A stretch of 64,000 bases of DNA from Lingula anatina (taxonomy: Eukaryota; Animalia; Brachiopoda): contig CM120648.1 of the NCBI GenBank assembly GCA_051362555.1, positions 7,622,587-7,686,586 of the forward strand, written 5' to 3'. The notes beneath the pieces are model-generated. The model had not been told where the DNA came from, did no database searches, and saw only the letters and a list, made by a program, of their open reading frames with translations. The position numbers and the translations under genes were made by a program. Of the stretch, positions 14,831 through 26,212 are shown piece by piece (the stretch's first letter is position 1; the number at the start of each line of letters is the position of its first letter).

Positions 14831-16047
14831 GGGGGGGTGACATGAGCATAGGTTTCAGGAATAAAAAAAAAAAACAACTAAACATTAACAGTGGGACCAA
14901 ATGTCTAACCTGTTAGAACCATCAGAATTGAAATACAAAACGGCCAAATTCCATGATTCCACAGAAAATGTTGGTCGGGCCTCCTATGGTTAGAAATAAT
15001 CATCCCTGCAGCTGAGACAGTGTTATTACAGTCTGATGGAAACATGCCTGTCCATTTATCTTCGATGGTACCCTTATCTTACCCTTATACAAAGGTGTTT
15101 CATACAAGCTATCAGCGGCTGGTTGAAATATTCCTAAGAATATGATATCCATAAGAATACTCAACGTGTTCATGACAAAGTACTGTAAAACAAAAGTGGC
15201 AAAAATCATAAAACTCACATTCATGATTCTTAACTGAGATTCGATGTTACAGTTTTATGGTTATTTTTTTCATTCAGCACTGTAGGTCCCAAAAGCTGAA
15301 ACTGCCTTTACCAAGCATTGATTTTACAAGCGTGTAAAGGCACAAACCTTTATTCTAAGGACCCATTCTTTTTCAATCCAGTTGAAGACTGAAATATATA
15401 TTATATCACAACCCCCTATCTATAACTTTGTAAAACACATAAATTTAAATTACAAATGCTGGGGTAGCGCTAGCACTTTTTTTCACTTAGCCAGATCACC
15501 ACATTTTTGTCAATTTGTTATCAAAATGGTTATAATTTGGCTAAAACAGCTCAAATCAAGCCCTTTTTCTTTAGCCAATTTAAGTCAGTTTTAGCATTTG
15601 ACTAAATTGGTGAGTGTTAGCGCTACCCCAGAAATGCTTGGTATAAAATGATGTGCACAGCGTGCACCAAATAATATCCATTCCAAATGGATGAGGAATC
15701 TATTTCCCGGAAGTTTGCACAGACAGATTTGCATGCATTTGCAAGTGGAAGCACAAAAATCAATGTCATCTGCAAAGTATTGATTTTTAGACTATGGTTA
15801 GAACTGTGGCTGACATGCTTTCTGTGCATTTTCTAATGAATCCTGATAAAACAATGTTCTTCCGCCTTAATTCCAAGCCTTAATGTTCTGAATAATTGGA
15901 ACTGCCACTACCAAGTCATAATGTATCTTCACCAAAACTGGATTTAAGTAAATACTGTAGTTATAATGCAATAACAATATAGACATTGATTTTTTATGAT
16001 TCCCAAATTTTCCTCAATGACAGATTGAGTCATTACCATATGGTATT

Positions 16048-16141
<94 letters not shown>

Positions 16142-19100
16142 CTGGGACCCTCGAAGCACCTCACTGTCATGCCACTAGGCAGTATAACCATGCTGTCATT
16201 ATAGCTATAATTACTTTAACAGCCTAGTGACCTGTTTCAAAAAAGATCTTTTACCAGTAAGTTTTTGGGCTTAGCTAGCTTAGACTAGTAAACCTGGACA
16301 GCAAACTACTAGTACTTAAAAAAGACTTATATTTATTTGTTTGTTTATTTATTTTTTGAAACAGGCCCTGGACATGCACAACCAATACAGTAACATAAAT
16401 ACATATTACAGTTCAACCTTACCAATAATACTGCCTCTATGGACTCTGTATTTATAATAGCCAGAACCCCAACAAATGTTAGCCCCAAATTCATATACTG
16501 ATATGATGGAGACTGGAAGTCCACTAGTAGCGCCCTGAAAGCACAGCATATACCCAAAAAGCATTAATACCAGCCCTAAGCACACACATACACATATACT
16601 AATATGCTCCAAACTGCTGCACCCTGAGATGGACAGCACAATTCTTCTTTTGTTAGTCCCCAAGCTGTTATAATATATACTGGGTAAAATGGAGACTGGA
16701 ACATGGTTAAAATATTGAATGCACCCTGAAAAACACTGCATGGATATAATATGTAGCAATTTGCAAAATATAAGGTATGTTTAATATACAAGTGAGCACT
16801 AAGTAACCCATTATGCGTTCCTACAAAAGCATCAAGTTCATTGTATGACCCATCTAACACCTAACATGTTCTCCTGCTGGGTTACTGGCAAGCAGAATGG
16901 TCCCATGCTGGGTCAATGGCAGACAGAAAGATCCCATGCTGGGTTACTGGCAAGCAGAATGGTCCCATGCTGGGTCAATGGCAGACAGAAAGGTCCCATG
17001 CTAGGTTACTGGCAGGCAGTATGGCCTCATGCTGGGTCTGGCAGCTAAAATGGTCCCTTGCTAGCTCACTGGCAGACAGAAAGGTCCCATGCTAGGTTAC
17101 TGGCAGGCAGAATGGCCTCATGCTGGGTCACTGGCAGGCAGAATGGTCCTATGGTCACTGGCAGCCAGAATGGTCCCATGCTGGGTCACTGGCTGACAGA
17201 AAGGTCCCATGCTAGGTTACTGGCAGGCAGAATGGCCTCATGCTGGGTCACTGGCAGGCAGAATGGTCCTATGGTCACTGGCAGCCAGAATGGTCCCATG
17301 CTGGGTCACTGACAGGCAGAATGGTCCTATGGTCACTGGCAGGCAGCATGGTCCCATGCTAGATGACTGGCAGGCAGAATGGTCCCATGCTGGTCACTGG
17401 CAGACCGCATGGTCCCATGCTAGATCACTGGCAGGCAGAATGCTCTCTTGCTGGGTCACTGACAGACAGAATGGTCCCAGGCAGAGAGAATGATCCAATG
17501 CTAGGCCACCACAAGATTATCTAACATTATTCCAATCAACTGTTCCATGCATTTAGTAAATATATATTTTGTTTTCTGCATGCAAGCCTGCCACCCCAGT
17601 CTACTGCAATCTGAACTCACCAAATGTATGGCTTCTACAGACTTATAAAATATTATTGCCATGCTCCCAACAACTCCCATTACCATATTCATATAGTAAT
17701 AGGAATCGGGGAGGTAGTCTTCGGCCATTGTGGCCCTGAAAATAGATCATGGTTTGTAAACAGAAATAATGTACAGAATGTAGGTCAATGAATGAATGAA
17801 AATAATGTGTTGAAACACGATCAATTATCTGAAATAGAAATTATGTCAAGATTACCAACAATTTCCATTGCCATCTTTCATATATATATTATAACTAGAA
17901 AAGCACTCCGAGACCTCCGCCAAGGCAGCAATTTTTGATTATTATTGATTGAAAAATATTGATTGATTATTGATCCGGATCACCACCATAACTAATCATC
18001 TCTTCCTTGGCCCACTTCTGACAGTTCCTAAAAATTTCATCAAAATCTGTCCATAACTTTTTGAGTTATATTGATGACAGACAGACAAACAAACAAACAA
18101 ACAAACAGGGGTGAAAACATAACCTCCTTCAGGAGCAGATCCAGAGATATTTTCTGACAGTATTCCAAATTTTCTTTGTTGATACATCCTCCATTTCTGA
18201 TGGTGTCCAACAGAAAAAAAAATTGATACCCGTCAATGTAAACTTTAAAATCTGACCGTCTTCCAGAAGACCCAGAAGATGGTCTCAATCTGCCCCTGAC
18301 CTCCTTGGCGGAGGTAAAAATCTGAGAGATGGTCCGGTGGCTGTCACGATGACTCTGAATTAACAGATAGGTCAGCAAGTATCTCGTTTATCATTTCAAG
18401 TCACATATAAATACAGAATTATTCACTGACATGGCAAAAGCATTAGTTAGTTCTTAGAATGACTTGATTTGGACTGAGAAAGAAATTTTTCTCCCAAATT
18501 TGCCTGAAATTGAGATCATGTCCCCAACTCTTTGGTCCCATTGAAGAAATAAGCTACAAATATGATGTCTCAGATGAAATTAAACATGTCTAAATTAATG
18601 AAATGGGAATATGTAAAGAAACTAATGTAATAGTATATATCATTATAATAAGAAATATGTTATTGAATAGATGTTTATCACAATAATATAAAACATTTTC
18701 TAAATTAATTTTTATAAATGATATTCAGACCTCTGGTTGGTTTGATAAATTTGTGGATTTTGACTAAAACCATGCTGGATTTGTCAACTTTTGTAAAATC
18801 AGAAAAAAATGAACAGAACAATTATATAAAACTTATTAATATATCATGACATACAATTAAAGGTCCCACTTACCATGTTGTAAGGATAAAATGGACAATC
18901 ACAACAACCTGAAATAAAAGAAAATTGTATGAGTAAAGAAATCTTCTTATCCCTTCAACATCATTCTGATATTTATCTACATATTAACACAAATTTTCCA
19001 TAGAGAAAAGATTATGAAAATTCTCCAAATTCATGAATTATTGAACTTGATGTTCTATTCTATTTTTAATTTTAAATTCATAAATTTTAATCACTGACCA

Positions 19101-21383
19101 GTCATTTAGATTGACATTTATCTTTACTGAGAAAATGTAACTTTGGAAAGTTTTTCAAAAGTGTACAGTATACCTTTTACATGATATTAATCAAGACCAG
19201 TTCAATGTCAAGATGATGAAAAAAAAGAAAAAATTACCAAAACACAATGACTATAATTCTTCAAATATGTCTTGGTAAAGCAGCTGTTTGATTAATATCT
19301 TCAAAGTAAAGGGTCTGAACTTGATAACTTTATAATAAATCATAAATTATAATATGTCAAAAAGTCAAAGGATTATAGTCTGACTGGTCATACGTTAGTT
19401 TAATATGGTCGTATATAATATCCTGACACTTCCCTCGAGGTTACAGACAAAAATTGGATAAATTTGTTTTTAAAAAATGCTGTCTGGGTCCAACCATGTT
19501 ACGATTATCCTGAACAATAAATTATAACAGTGTAAAGCAGTGCCAAGGATTCAGTACTCTATGTCATGGGATTAAAATAGCCCACACAGTCAGGCTACAA
19601 CCCAGAACTTGATGATTCCACTTAAAAGGCAGTTCCAATCATGCCAAGTCATCCACCTAAATGACACTTTAGCATGCTGGATGCCATCTATGATGCTCTG
19701 CTTGCCTTTTACACTTCATTTTTTACTTCCTACACCATAAAAAAGCCTAATAGAAAAATTCACTTATCAGAAGAATTAATTTATCTCCAAGGTAACTATT
19801 ATAATTACAACATGTAAAATAGAATACCCTGTATGTACCTAGTTTTACCTTCAACCTTCTTTGTATTTGAATAATAAGCTGTAACTAGGCACTCTTCAGG
19901 TCATTTAACGACAGATTAGCCACTTTACTGTGTGTGCTTTTTTTCTTTTTAATCAGATTTGGCCAAAATTTTGAGAAGTGTTTATTTTTAACATTTAATC
20001 CCCTAATGCTTTATCTTTGCAGATATTGTTCTTTATAGATTAGATGCAGTTTTAATTTAATTTATTAATTTCTTAAACAAAATCAACATGGTGATTATGG
20101 CAAATCTTCAAAAAGAAACTTACCTTTTGAAAAGAATGATGAAATTAACAAAACATAATAACCATCACTTTTTAATACATCAATGGTAAAGCAGCCGTTA
20201 ATTTTTTTTAACCAAAGGTTTGAACTTGAAAACTTCATAATAAATCATAAAGTAAAACATGAGAAAGGATAATATACTGTCTGGTCATGTGTTAGTTTAA
20301 TATGGCCATATATCATATCCTGTCACCCCCTCAAGGTTACAGACAAAAATCTGATTTCTGATTTAAATTGAAAAAAGTGCGTTATCTAGATGTGTTTTGT
20401 GAACTTGTTCTTCAACCTTCTGATGTTTATATTTTTTCTCTTGTGATGTTATTTCAGGTATTATGTGACTGTATATCACAAAAGATGCATCGCTACATAT
20501 GCATGATAGATTTTATTCACATAAGACTGAAACAAAAAAAAAGTAAAAACGGGCCTAGCTAGCAAAAGAATACTCATCATGGCACTGTATTTTCTTGCTG
20601 ACTCAAAAGACACTGCATCAAATGACAGGCAAATAAACAGAAGCATGTCCTAAGCACTGCAAGCAGTCCATGTGATATCTGTATTTTGCTTAGGTCATTC
20701 TTACAGTTAAAACCACTGCAAATGCAGAGAGCATTTCATGAATTGTGGGCAGTCTAATGCACTCTTCTTCAACCACCTTGATGGGCAAAAATAATGATAA
20801 AGATTTCTATGATGCTAACAACTAAAATCTCCAAAATTAAAGGGGAGAGTTACCGTGCCTTGAGCTGCACCTCTTGATGACTTTACTTTAAGACTGCCCC
20901 TACTGTACTTTATATTACAAGGACAAACAAAATGAGTAAATTGAGAATTCTACAGTAGTATACAGTAGCCGGGGCTAAGACACAATCAAATACCAGTCTG
21001 CGGTAGCATCAGTCACATTCATCCTTCACATACAATTACTAGTCTGACAATGTCATTTTCAGTAATAAAACAATTTCGGGTCTTCATGCACAATCAACCT
21101 TTAAATGCAGCTTCTACATGATGCATGAATATATATAATCACTAGAGTGACCAAGTCAAATAATGCAGAAATAAATCTGCAAGACTTTGTAACGTTATGA
21201 CATATATGATTTGTTCTGATTGTGACGCTTTTAAAAAGGTTAACCCGGTTGAAATGGCCAAAGCAAAATACGGCAATACGCCCAAATGTATTAAACTAAA
21301 CACTTACTAGCATTCATACATCAATATGTCTGTGTAGGCTATATATTGCATCTCACCTTTAATGTCAATTGCGGTGTATTCAT
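11637..21383 (-). CDS. AGTRAP: Type-1 angiotensin II receptor-associated protein (AGTRAP)-like. Exons: 21357-21383, 18874-18908, [17621-17735 or 16423-16534], [15083-15182 or 13594-13693], 12785-12821, 12136-12269, 11637-11746
   Basis: All introns are GT-AG with compatible phases. Translation MNTPQLTLK|VVVIVHFILTTW|...SxEA|...SILxDI..LG.F.P...|...TYRFSLG|MTILNLLIKPFTCFMLYRVYQERGG...|GQKGPYENIDQP...GY* matches the recalled AGTRAP pattern (LKVI..HWLLTTW...RFGVGMAILSLLLKP...YRERGG...YQTID). Confidence 0.9.
13594..13693 (-). CDS. AGTRAP: AGTRAP alternative exon 4b (100 nt)
   Basis: CTTTAG acceptor, GTAAGG donor; encodes LMVLMMFSILQDIVCLGLFEPAARAVYENASYN. Confidence 0.85.
14036..14225. mobile_element. 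Palindromic MITE family M2
   Basis: CATTCCCATAAA...TTTATGGGAATGGGGTC termini with internal inverted GCTGAGTGCAA/TTGCACTAAGC; related sequence at ~31600-32020, ~35670-35850 and ~56030-56255. Confidence 0.7.
15083..15182 (-). CDS. AGTRAP: AGTRAP alternative exon 4a (100 nt)
   Basis: TTACAG acceptor, GTAAGA donor; encodes YFVMNTLSILMDIIFLGIFQPAADSLYETPLYK. Confidence 0.85.
16051..16140. repeat. (TA)n microsatellite
   Basis: Read directly from the sequence. Confidence 0.95.
16423..16534 (-). CDS. AGTRAP: AGTRAP alternative exon 3b (112 nt)
   Basis: TTTCAG acceptor, GTAAGG donor; encodes (W)ALLVDFQSPSYQYMNLGLTFVGVLAIINTESIEAVLL. Confidence 0.85.
16874..17480. repeat. GC-rich ~31-bp minisatellite in the intron between AGTRAP exons 3a and 3b
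   Basis: About 20 variant copies of GCTGGGTCACTGGCAGGCAGAATGGTCCCAT. Confidence 0.95.
17621..17735 (-). CDS. AGTRAP: AGTRAP alternative exon 3a (115 nt)
   Basis: TTTCAG acceptor, GTGAGT donor; encodes (W)ATMAEDYLPDSYYYMNMVMGVVGSMAIIFYKSVEAIHL. Confidence 0.85.
17893..18320 (+). mobile_element. Short HINE-like element interrupted by an M1 MITE
   Basis: AACTAG start, subterminal inverted ACCTCCGCCAAGG / CCTTGGCGGAGGT, (ACAG)(ACAA)n microsatellite, and 3' hairpin ACCTCC-TTGGC-GGAGGT. Confidence 0.75.
18130..18298 (-). mobile_element. MITE family M1, copy 2 (nested, 8-bp TSD)
   Basis: Reverse-complement homolog of 6449-6604, flanked by ACCTCCTT at 18122-18129 and 18299-18306. Confidence 0.85.
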
Positions 21384-21399
21384 CTTCGTTTTCCTGTTG

Positions 21400-21690
21400 A
21401 ATTTATCCTGGTTTATTTTTATTCGTCCTCAGCGAGCTGCACTTGTCACTGCCTTGTGACTGACTGACCTCGAGCAGAAGAACACTTCCGGATCAAGGTT
21501 ACCCTATTCTGCACAATCCGTTAGAATTTATTTCTCCATTATAAATTCATTTCACAAATTCAAAGGGTACAATATGACATAAATGTGCTATTTTATCTTT
21601 TTGTAAGTTTATTAGTCACTTTAATTTGTTTTTTTCTTATAAAACCGACAAAGAGGGTTGAATGTGGTAACAAGATGGCTGCTTCCATGT
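21400..21690. promoter_or_regulatory. Bidirectional promoter between AGTRAP (-) and the AURKAIP1-like gene (+)
   Basis: AGTRAP ATG at 21383 and the putative first + strand exon at ~21670 are under 300 bp apart. ETS/GABP-type CACTTCCGG at 21483; YY1-type CAAGATGGC at 21671. Confidence 0.6.
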
Positions 21691-22519
21691 AGCAGAACGT
21701 TGTCGATGCACTGATTCATTTTCACCACAAAAGGCTTAACCATAGACTCTTATGCAAGGTGTATTGTCATAAGAGGTAATGTTGGTTGAACAATTTACCT
21801 TATCGTGATTTTGCTATTCGTGACAGGCATCCCATGCTCTCTTTAAATCGGAATTGCGGAGTTTTATTTTACCTGTTGGTGTGCCTGTTGGTGGTGGGGG
21901 TGTCACAAACATTTGTTAAATTTAATGTGTTCGTCAAAATTAGATCAGAACTGATTGAGTCTCAAAATAGTGGTGCAGAAACTTTAAGCGCATTCATAAT
22001 CATATATTGAATTTGAGAAGGAGCACGAAGTTTCATGCGTCAGCATTTCTATTTGCCGTACGGTGTCTGGTACGCACGCTTTGTGCCAACGCATGGAAGG
22101 TGCCTCAAACTAAAATGTTGGTCAGCTATTGAATTTATGCAGGGACTCTCAAATCTCTCAAAACTTACGTTACTTACGCACACAGCTGAAAAGCCAACTA
22201 GTCTTGCTGTTGACAGAGCTGTGAATTTCAGGATATGCTTACATTAGTCTACTCATCTAACAGTGAGATACACGTGTACAGTACACTGCTGTGAAATCAC
22301 GATATACCCATGGAAAAAAGCCATTGATGGACTTCTAAATGCGTAAAAAAGTTCAAATAATGATGCAACATATACTCCCATCAGGAAATAAACTGCAGTG
22401 GAAGTTGGTTGAATCATGTGATTTTTCAAAAGTTTGCTTTAGGAAAGGAAACAATTCCTGACGTATGCACTCAGCAGTCCATCCATGTTTGTCTTAAACA
22501 GCTGTATGGATTTATGGTG

Positions 22520-22687
22520 CAAGGGCGGATTTAGGCAGTCTTATGGGTCTTCCGGAAGATGGTCAGATTTTCAAGTTAACATTGATGGGTATCTAATTTT
22601 TTCTGTCCGAAGACGGTCAAAAATGGAGGATGGATCATCAAAGATAATTTAGAAGACTGTAAGAAAATATCTCTGGATCTGCCCCTG
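22520..22687 (+). mobile_element. MITE family M1, copy 3 (5-bp TSD)
   Basis: CAAGGGCGGAT...ATCTGCCCCTG flanked by TGGTG/TGGTG. Confidence 0.85.
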
Positions 22688-23273
22688 TGGTGGTATCTCT
22701 GGTATATGAGAAGATTAATCTTACCTTGTTCAAAGCTTTGTTGATGACAAGATTGGTTTTCAGCAATGTATGACTTGAGGGGGTGAGAGGTTTACAACCA
22801 AAGAAGTTGAGAGCCCCAGCATCACAGTGGACATGTTAGCTGGCTGTCATTTCACAGTTATAGACACCTATCTTTCATGTTTTAACACAAATGTTTCATA
22901 TCAGAGACCTTAAATAGTAATGTGAACCCATGAAAGTTCATACTACAGTACATTGTGAGCTGAGGCTATTGTAAGGGACCTTTTTTTTTTTTTTTTTTTT
23001 TTTTGTAATCTAATTAGTTGAAAATCTTGAAAGTTTATTGTAAAAACATCTAAAAATTAATCTGTTAACTTTAAAAAGCAGAGACACCAGGTTTTTCAAA
23101 ACAATAATAATTATAATAATAAAAGAAAGAAAAAATTATTTATGCTAGGTTGGGTGAGGGAAGGAGGTCATACTAAAAAATTACACATTTTCTTTCGTAC
23201 TGAATTAGATACACTGTCACAGAATTTCAAATGTATTTCTCTCCATTTTTTAAATGCCAGGATAACCAACAGG

Positions 23274-24781
23274 ATGGCAGCCAGTAGAATGTGTGTGCAA
23301 AGCCTCAGGGTGACCTGTAGAACAAGTAACATACAAGGTGAGGTATTAGAGACCATTCCCACAGACATTTAGATCAATCTATCCTCCTGGGAAGTCTCAC
23401 TAGATTGCTGTCAGCTTAACCCGCTTAAATGTCTGTCCCGCCTACTAAAAGCTGTAAGGGGGTAATAAAGTGTTGTGCACACTCAGCTCCCGGAAGCTGA
23501 CAGCAATTTAGCGTGGCCCCCAGGGATGGATCGATCTAAATCTGTGGGAACCCAGTCTTACACACACTGGTGGGCATCATCCACTTTTATCAACCTTTTC
23601 TCAAGTCTATAAAGAGTAGACTCTTTCCAGACCCCCCCCTTCAGACAGTATGAGCTTAAGATGAAGACCTTGGACAGCAATTTAGCTCATTTTTTATTGT
23701 TTTTTAAAAGCATACAGAGGGCATTTAACTTCCCCCCCCCCTCCCAAACCAATGGTTCACATTGTAGACCCTTGGAAATGTTAATACAAATGGATGATCC
23801 CTGTAAATATATATCTGCATACAATTTTTTTGTTGTTGTTGTAGCAATGGACTGTCAACATTAAATCTATAATATTTTCTAAGTAACATCAATGTAATAT
23901 ACTTGTAAATGTTATGACTGTTACAATAATCTTTGCAGTGCTTGATCTCTCACCTAGTGCTTGATTAACTTTACTCCATCTATGCTGACATTCACAAAAC
24001 AAATACAGAAACCATATTACCACCCTTTTGCAGGAATGTTTTAAAACTTCTGTACAAAGATTTTAATTGCTTAAAATGTTTCTAGCTTTTCTAGATAATT
24101 TTATCTGTAAACAGCACTGAGACGGTAGTGTAGTGCGATTTTAAGAAATAAATATTATTTTTTTTTTTCTCTTCTAATTCAGCATTGGTCCAAATACAAC
24201 CACCTACCATTGCAAATGGGAACTATTCAGCATCATTTCAACAGCTAGGATTTGGTGCCAAGGGCAATAGTAAGCCAACAGCTGTAACTTTAGGACAGAG
24301 CACGGCATTTAAACTGCCATCACTGGACAGCAACAAGTTTTACAAAATAGGTATATTAGATCACCATCAACCCAGTTGGTATGAGTTCCCTACTTTAGCT
24401 CATATGGGGTCTGTCTTGGAGAAAGAGGCTCCACCTTTAAATGAAAACGACTTTAAAGGTGATCCCATGCCTGATGAGGCAACTGTAAGAAAGGAAGCCA
24501 AAAGAATTCAGAAAATACGCAAACGCAGGATAAGAGGTCTCCATTTTAAAAAGAAAAGGAAAAAGAATGGAAGTATAGTTCGTGCTTTACGGATCAGGAA
24601 GCGAGAAAAGCAGGCAGCAAAAATGAAGGAAGAGTTTGCAGCCATTTTGGAGTCGGCAGAAAGGTTTGACCCGTGGGGAGAATTGCAAATGAAAACTAAA
24701 GACTTCAAGAGACTTAGGGTAAAGATGCCGTCTGCTTATAAGGATCTTTATAAAAGGATTCATCAAGTTAGATTACAATGA
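23274..24781 (+). CDS. AURKAIP1: Mitoribosomal mS38 / Aurora kinase A-interacting protein-like; join(23274..23337,24183..24781)
   Basis: Presequence-like N-terminus MAASRMCVQSLRVTCRTS and a phase-1 GT-AG intron. Highly basic helix AKRIQKIRKRRIRGLHFKKKRKK...RIRKREK...AILESAERFDP resembles the mS38 (DUF1713) IRRRKMxxHK region but is divergent. Confidence 0.65.
23355..23552 (+). mobile_element. Palindromic MITE family M3, copy 1
   Basis: TTTAGATCAATCTATCC...GTCTCACTAGATT...TCCCGCCTACTAAAAGCTGTAAGGGGGTAAT...GATCGATCTAAATCT; also at 29836-30050 and 55820-56025. Confidence 0.8.
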
Positions 24782-25413
24782 TGACACTGGGCGTAACGCA
24801 GATTGGAAAGGCACTAAACAAACGACCAACCCCCCATAAAAGGCTTATCATCATAATTGTCAAAGTTTGGTTCTTTAAAATTGATTGACCTTTGTGTCAC
24901 TTATCTGAAAGAAAAAGCATTTTTCTCAAATTATTGCACTGTGTTGATTAAATTGTACTTGTATATCTCAGTGAAAAATATTAAATTGTAGGGCTTTCGT
25001 TTGTATCATACATTTTGAATTAATTTTGAAGACACTCACAATAGGAAAATGGTGAACATGTTGTTTCTCTGTCTTTATAACCCTAGCAGGGCAAATGTCT
25101 AATGATTTCTCAACTAAAATTTCTTTTTATGAAATAAAACACTGAAGAATATATTCATGATATTGTTATTCAGAACTGAGACAGAGGCTGTTAAGCAGCT
25201 CGTGCTTTGCATCATTTTTGAGTTCCGGTGATAGGTTGTAACACTATTTACCCTCAAGTTGTGACTAATGATTGTGTTATAATGTCTGTCCAGTCATTTT
25301 TCACCTAATGTTCTTTGGCTCAGTGTCTATATTCAAAGCACTTTCCAGACAATCGAAAAAAAAAAAATATATATACGACCAGTGTCCCTTTAAATGCCAA
25401 ACCAAATTTTTTA

Positions 25414-26212
25414 GGATTCTAGGACAATTCCCCCCTGGACAATCCCCCCCCCCCCCCCCGGGCTATTCCCCTGGACAATCCCCCCCCCCCAAGAAATATA
25501 TATTTATATACAAATATAAAGTAGAAAGTGTAAAGTTTAAAACATTTCATCCATTTTATTAATATTTTTAGTGTGATAGTACAACTTCATCATGAAACAA
25601 ATTATTTTATAACAAATTCCCTTTTCATGGAGTACAAGTACAGGAAAATTTATTAAATATCTAATCGAAGTATAACCACCTATCCTTCAGGTAAAGGTAG
25701 AGTAAACAGATGAACAGGTAAAAAGATATTTTATGAATATTTTTAGTGTGGCGAGTGGTGGTAGTGGTCAAGCAATTAAATGTGATAAATAGACGAAGGG
25801 ATACCTGGAAAAACGAGAAAATCTGTTTACCCCACCTGTCCCTAGAGATGCACCTTGATTAAAGACTTAATCAAGGGGGGAGTAATAAAGCAATTAAAAG
25901 TAACAGGTAATTCATCAAAGGGCTACCTGGATTAGTGAGATCATCTGTTTAGTCCTCCTTTACCTGGAGATATACTTTGATCATATTTTTAATATAATGT
26001 TCTGTACTTCTATCTTGAAATTTTTATGTACTTGTACACCATAAAAATAATTTGTTTAATAAAATTAATATTATCTATCCTCAAGTTGCATCATCACACT
26101 AAAAAATATTAAGAAAATGGATGAAAAGATTTGAACTTTGTACTATTTACTTTATAAATATTTATTCTTCGGGGGGGGGGGGAATCGTCCGGGGGGGATT
26201 TGTCCTGATACC
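25414..26212. mobile_element. Foldback-type non-autonomous DNA transposon
   Basis: GGACAATTCCCCC repeats at left mirrored by GGGGGATTTGTCC at right, plus long internal inverted segments (CATCCATTTT..TTTTAGTGTGAT / ATCACACTAAAAA..AAAATGGATG). Confidence 0.7.

Noticed and set aside
16845-17493. ORFs in several frames with repeated MLGHWQ/QNGPM
   Set aside because: Translations of the 31-bp minisatellite.
13594-17735. Duplicated AGTRAP exons as a second gene copy or an assembly duplication
   Set aside because: Exons 1, 2, 5, 6 and 7 appear only once, the order is 3a,3b,4a,4b, and the copies are strongly diverged with unrelated flanking introns.
19270-20350. Diverged ~180-bp direct repeat (19270-19460 vs 20180-20350) as duplicated AGTRAP exons
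   Set aside because: No open frame with AGTRAP similarity or suitable splice sites; it looks like an intronic repeat.
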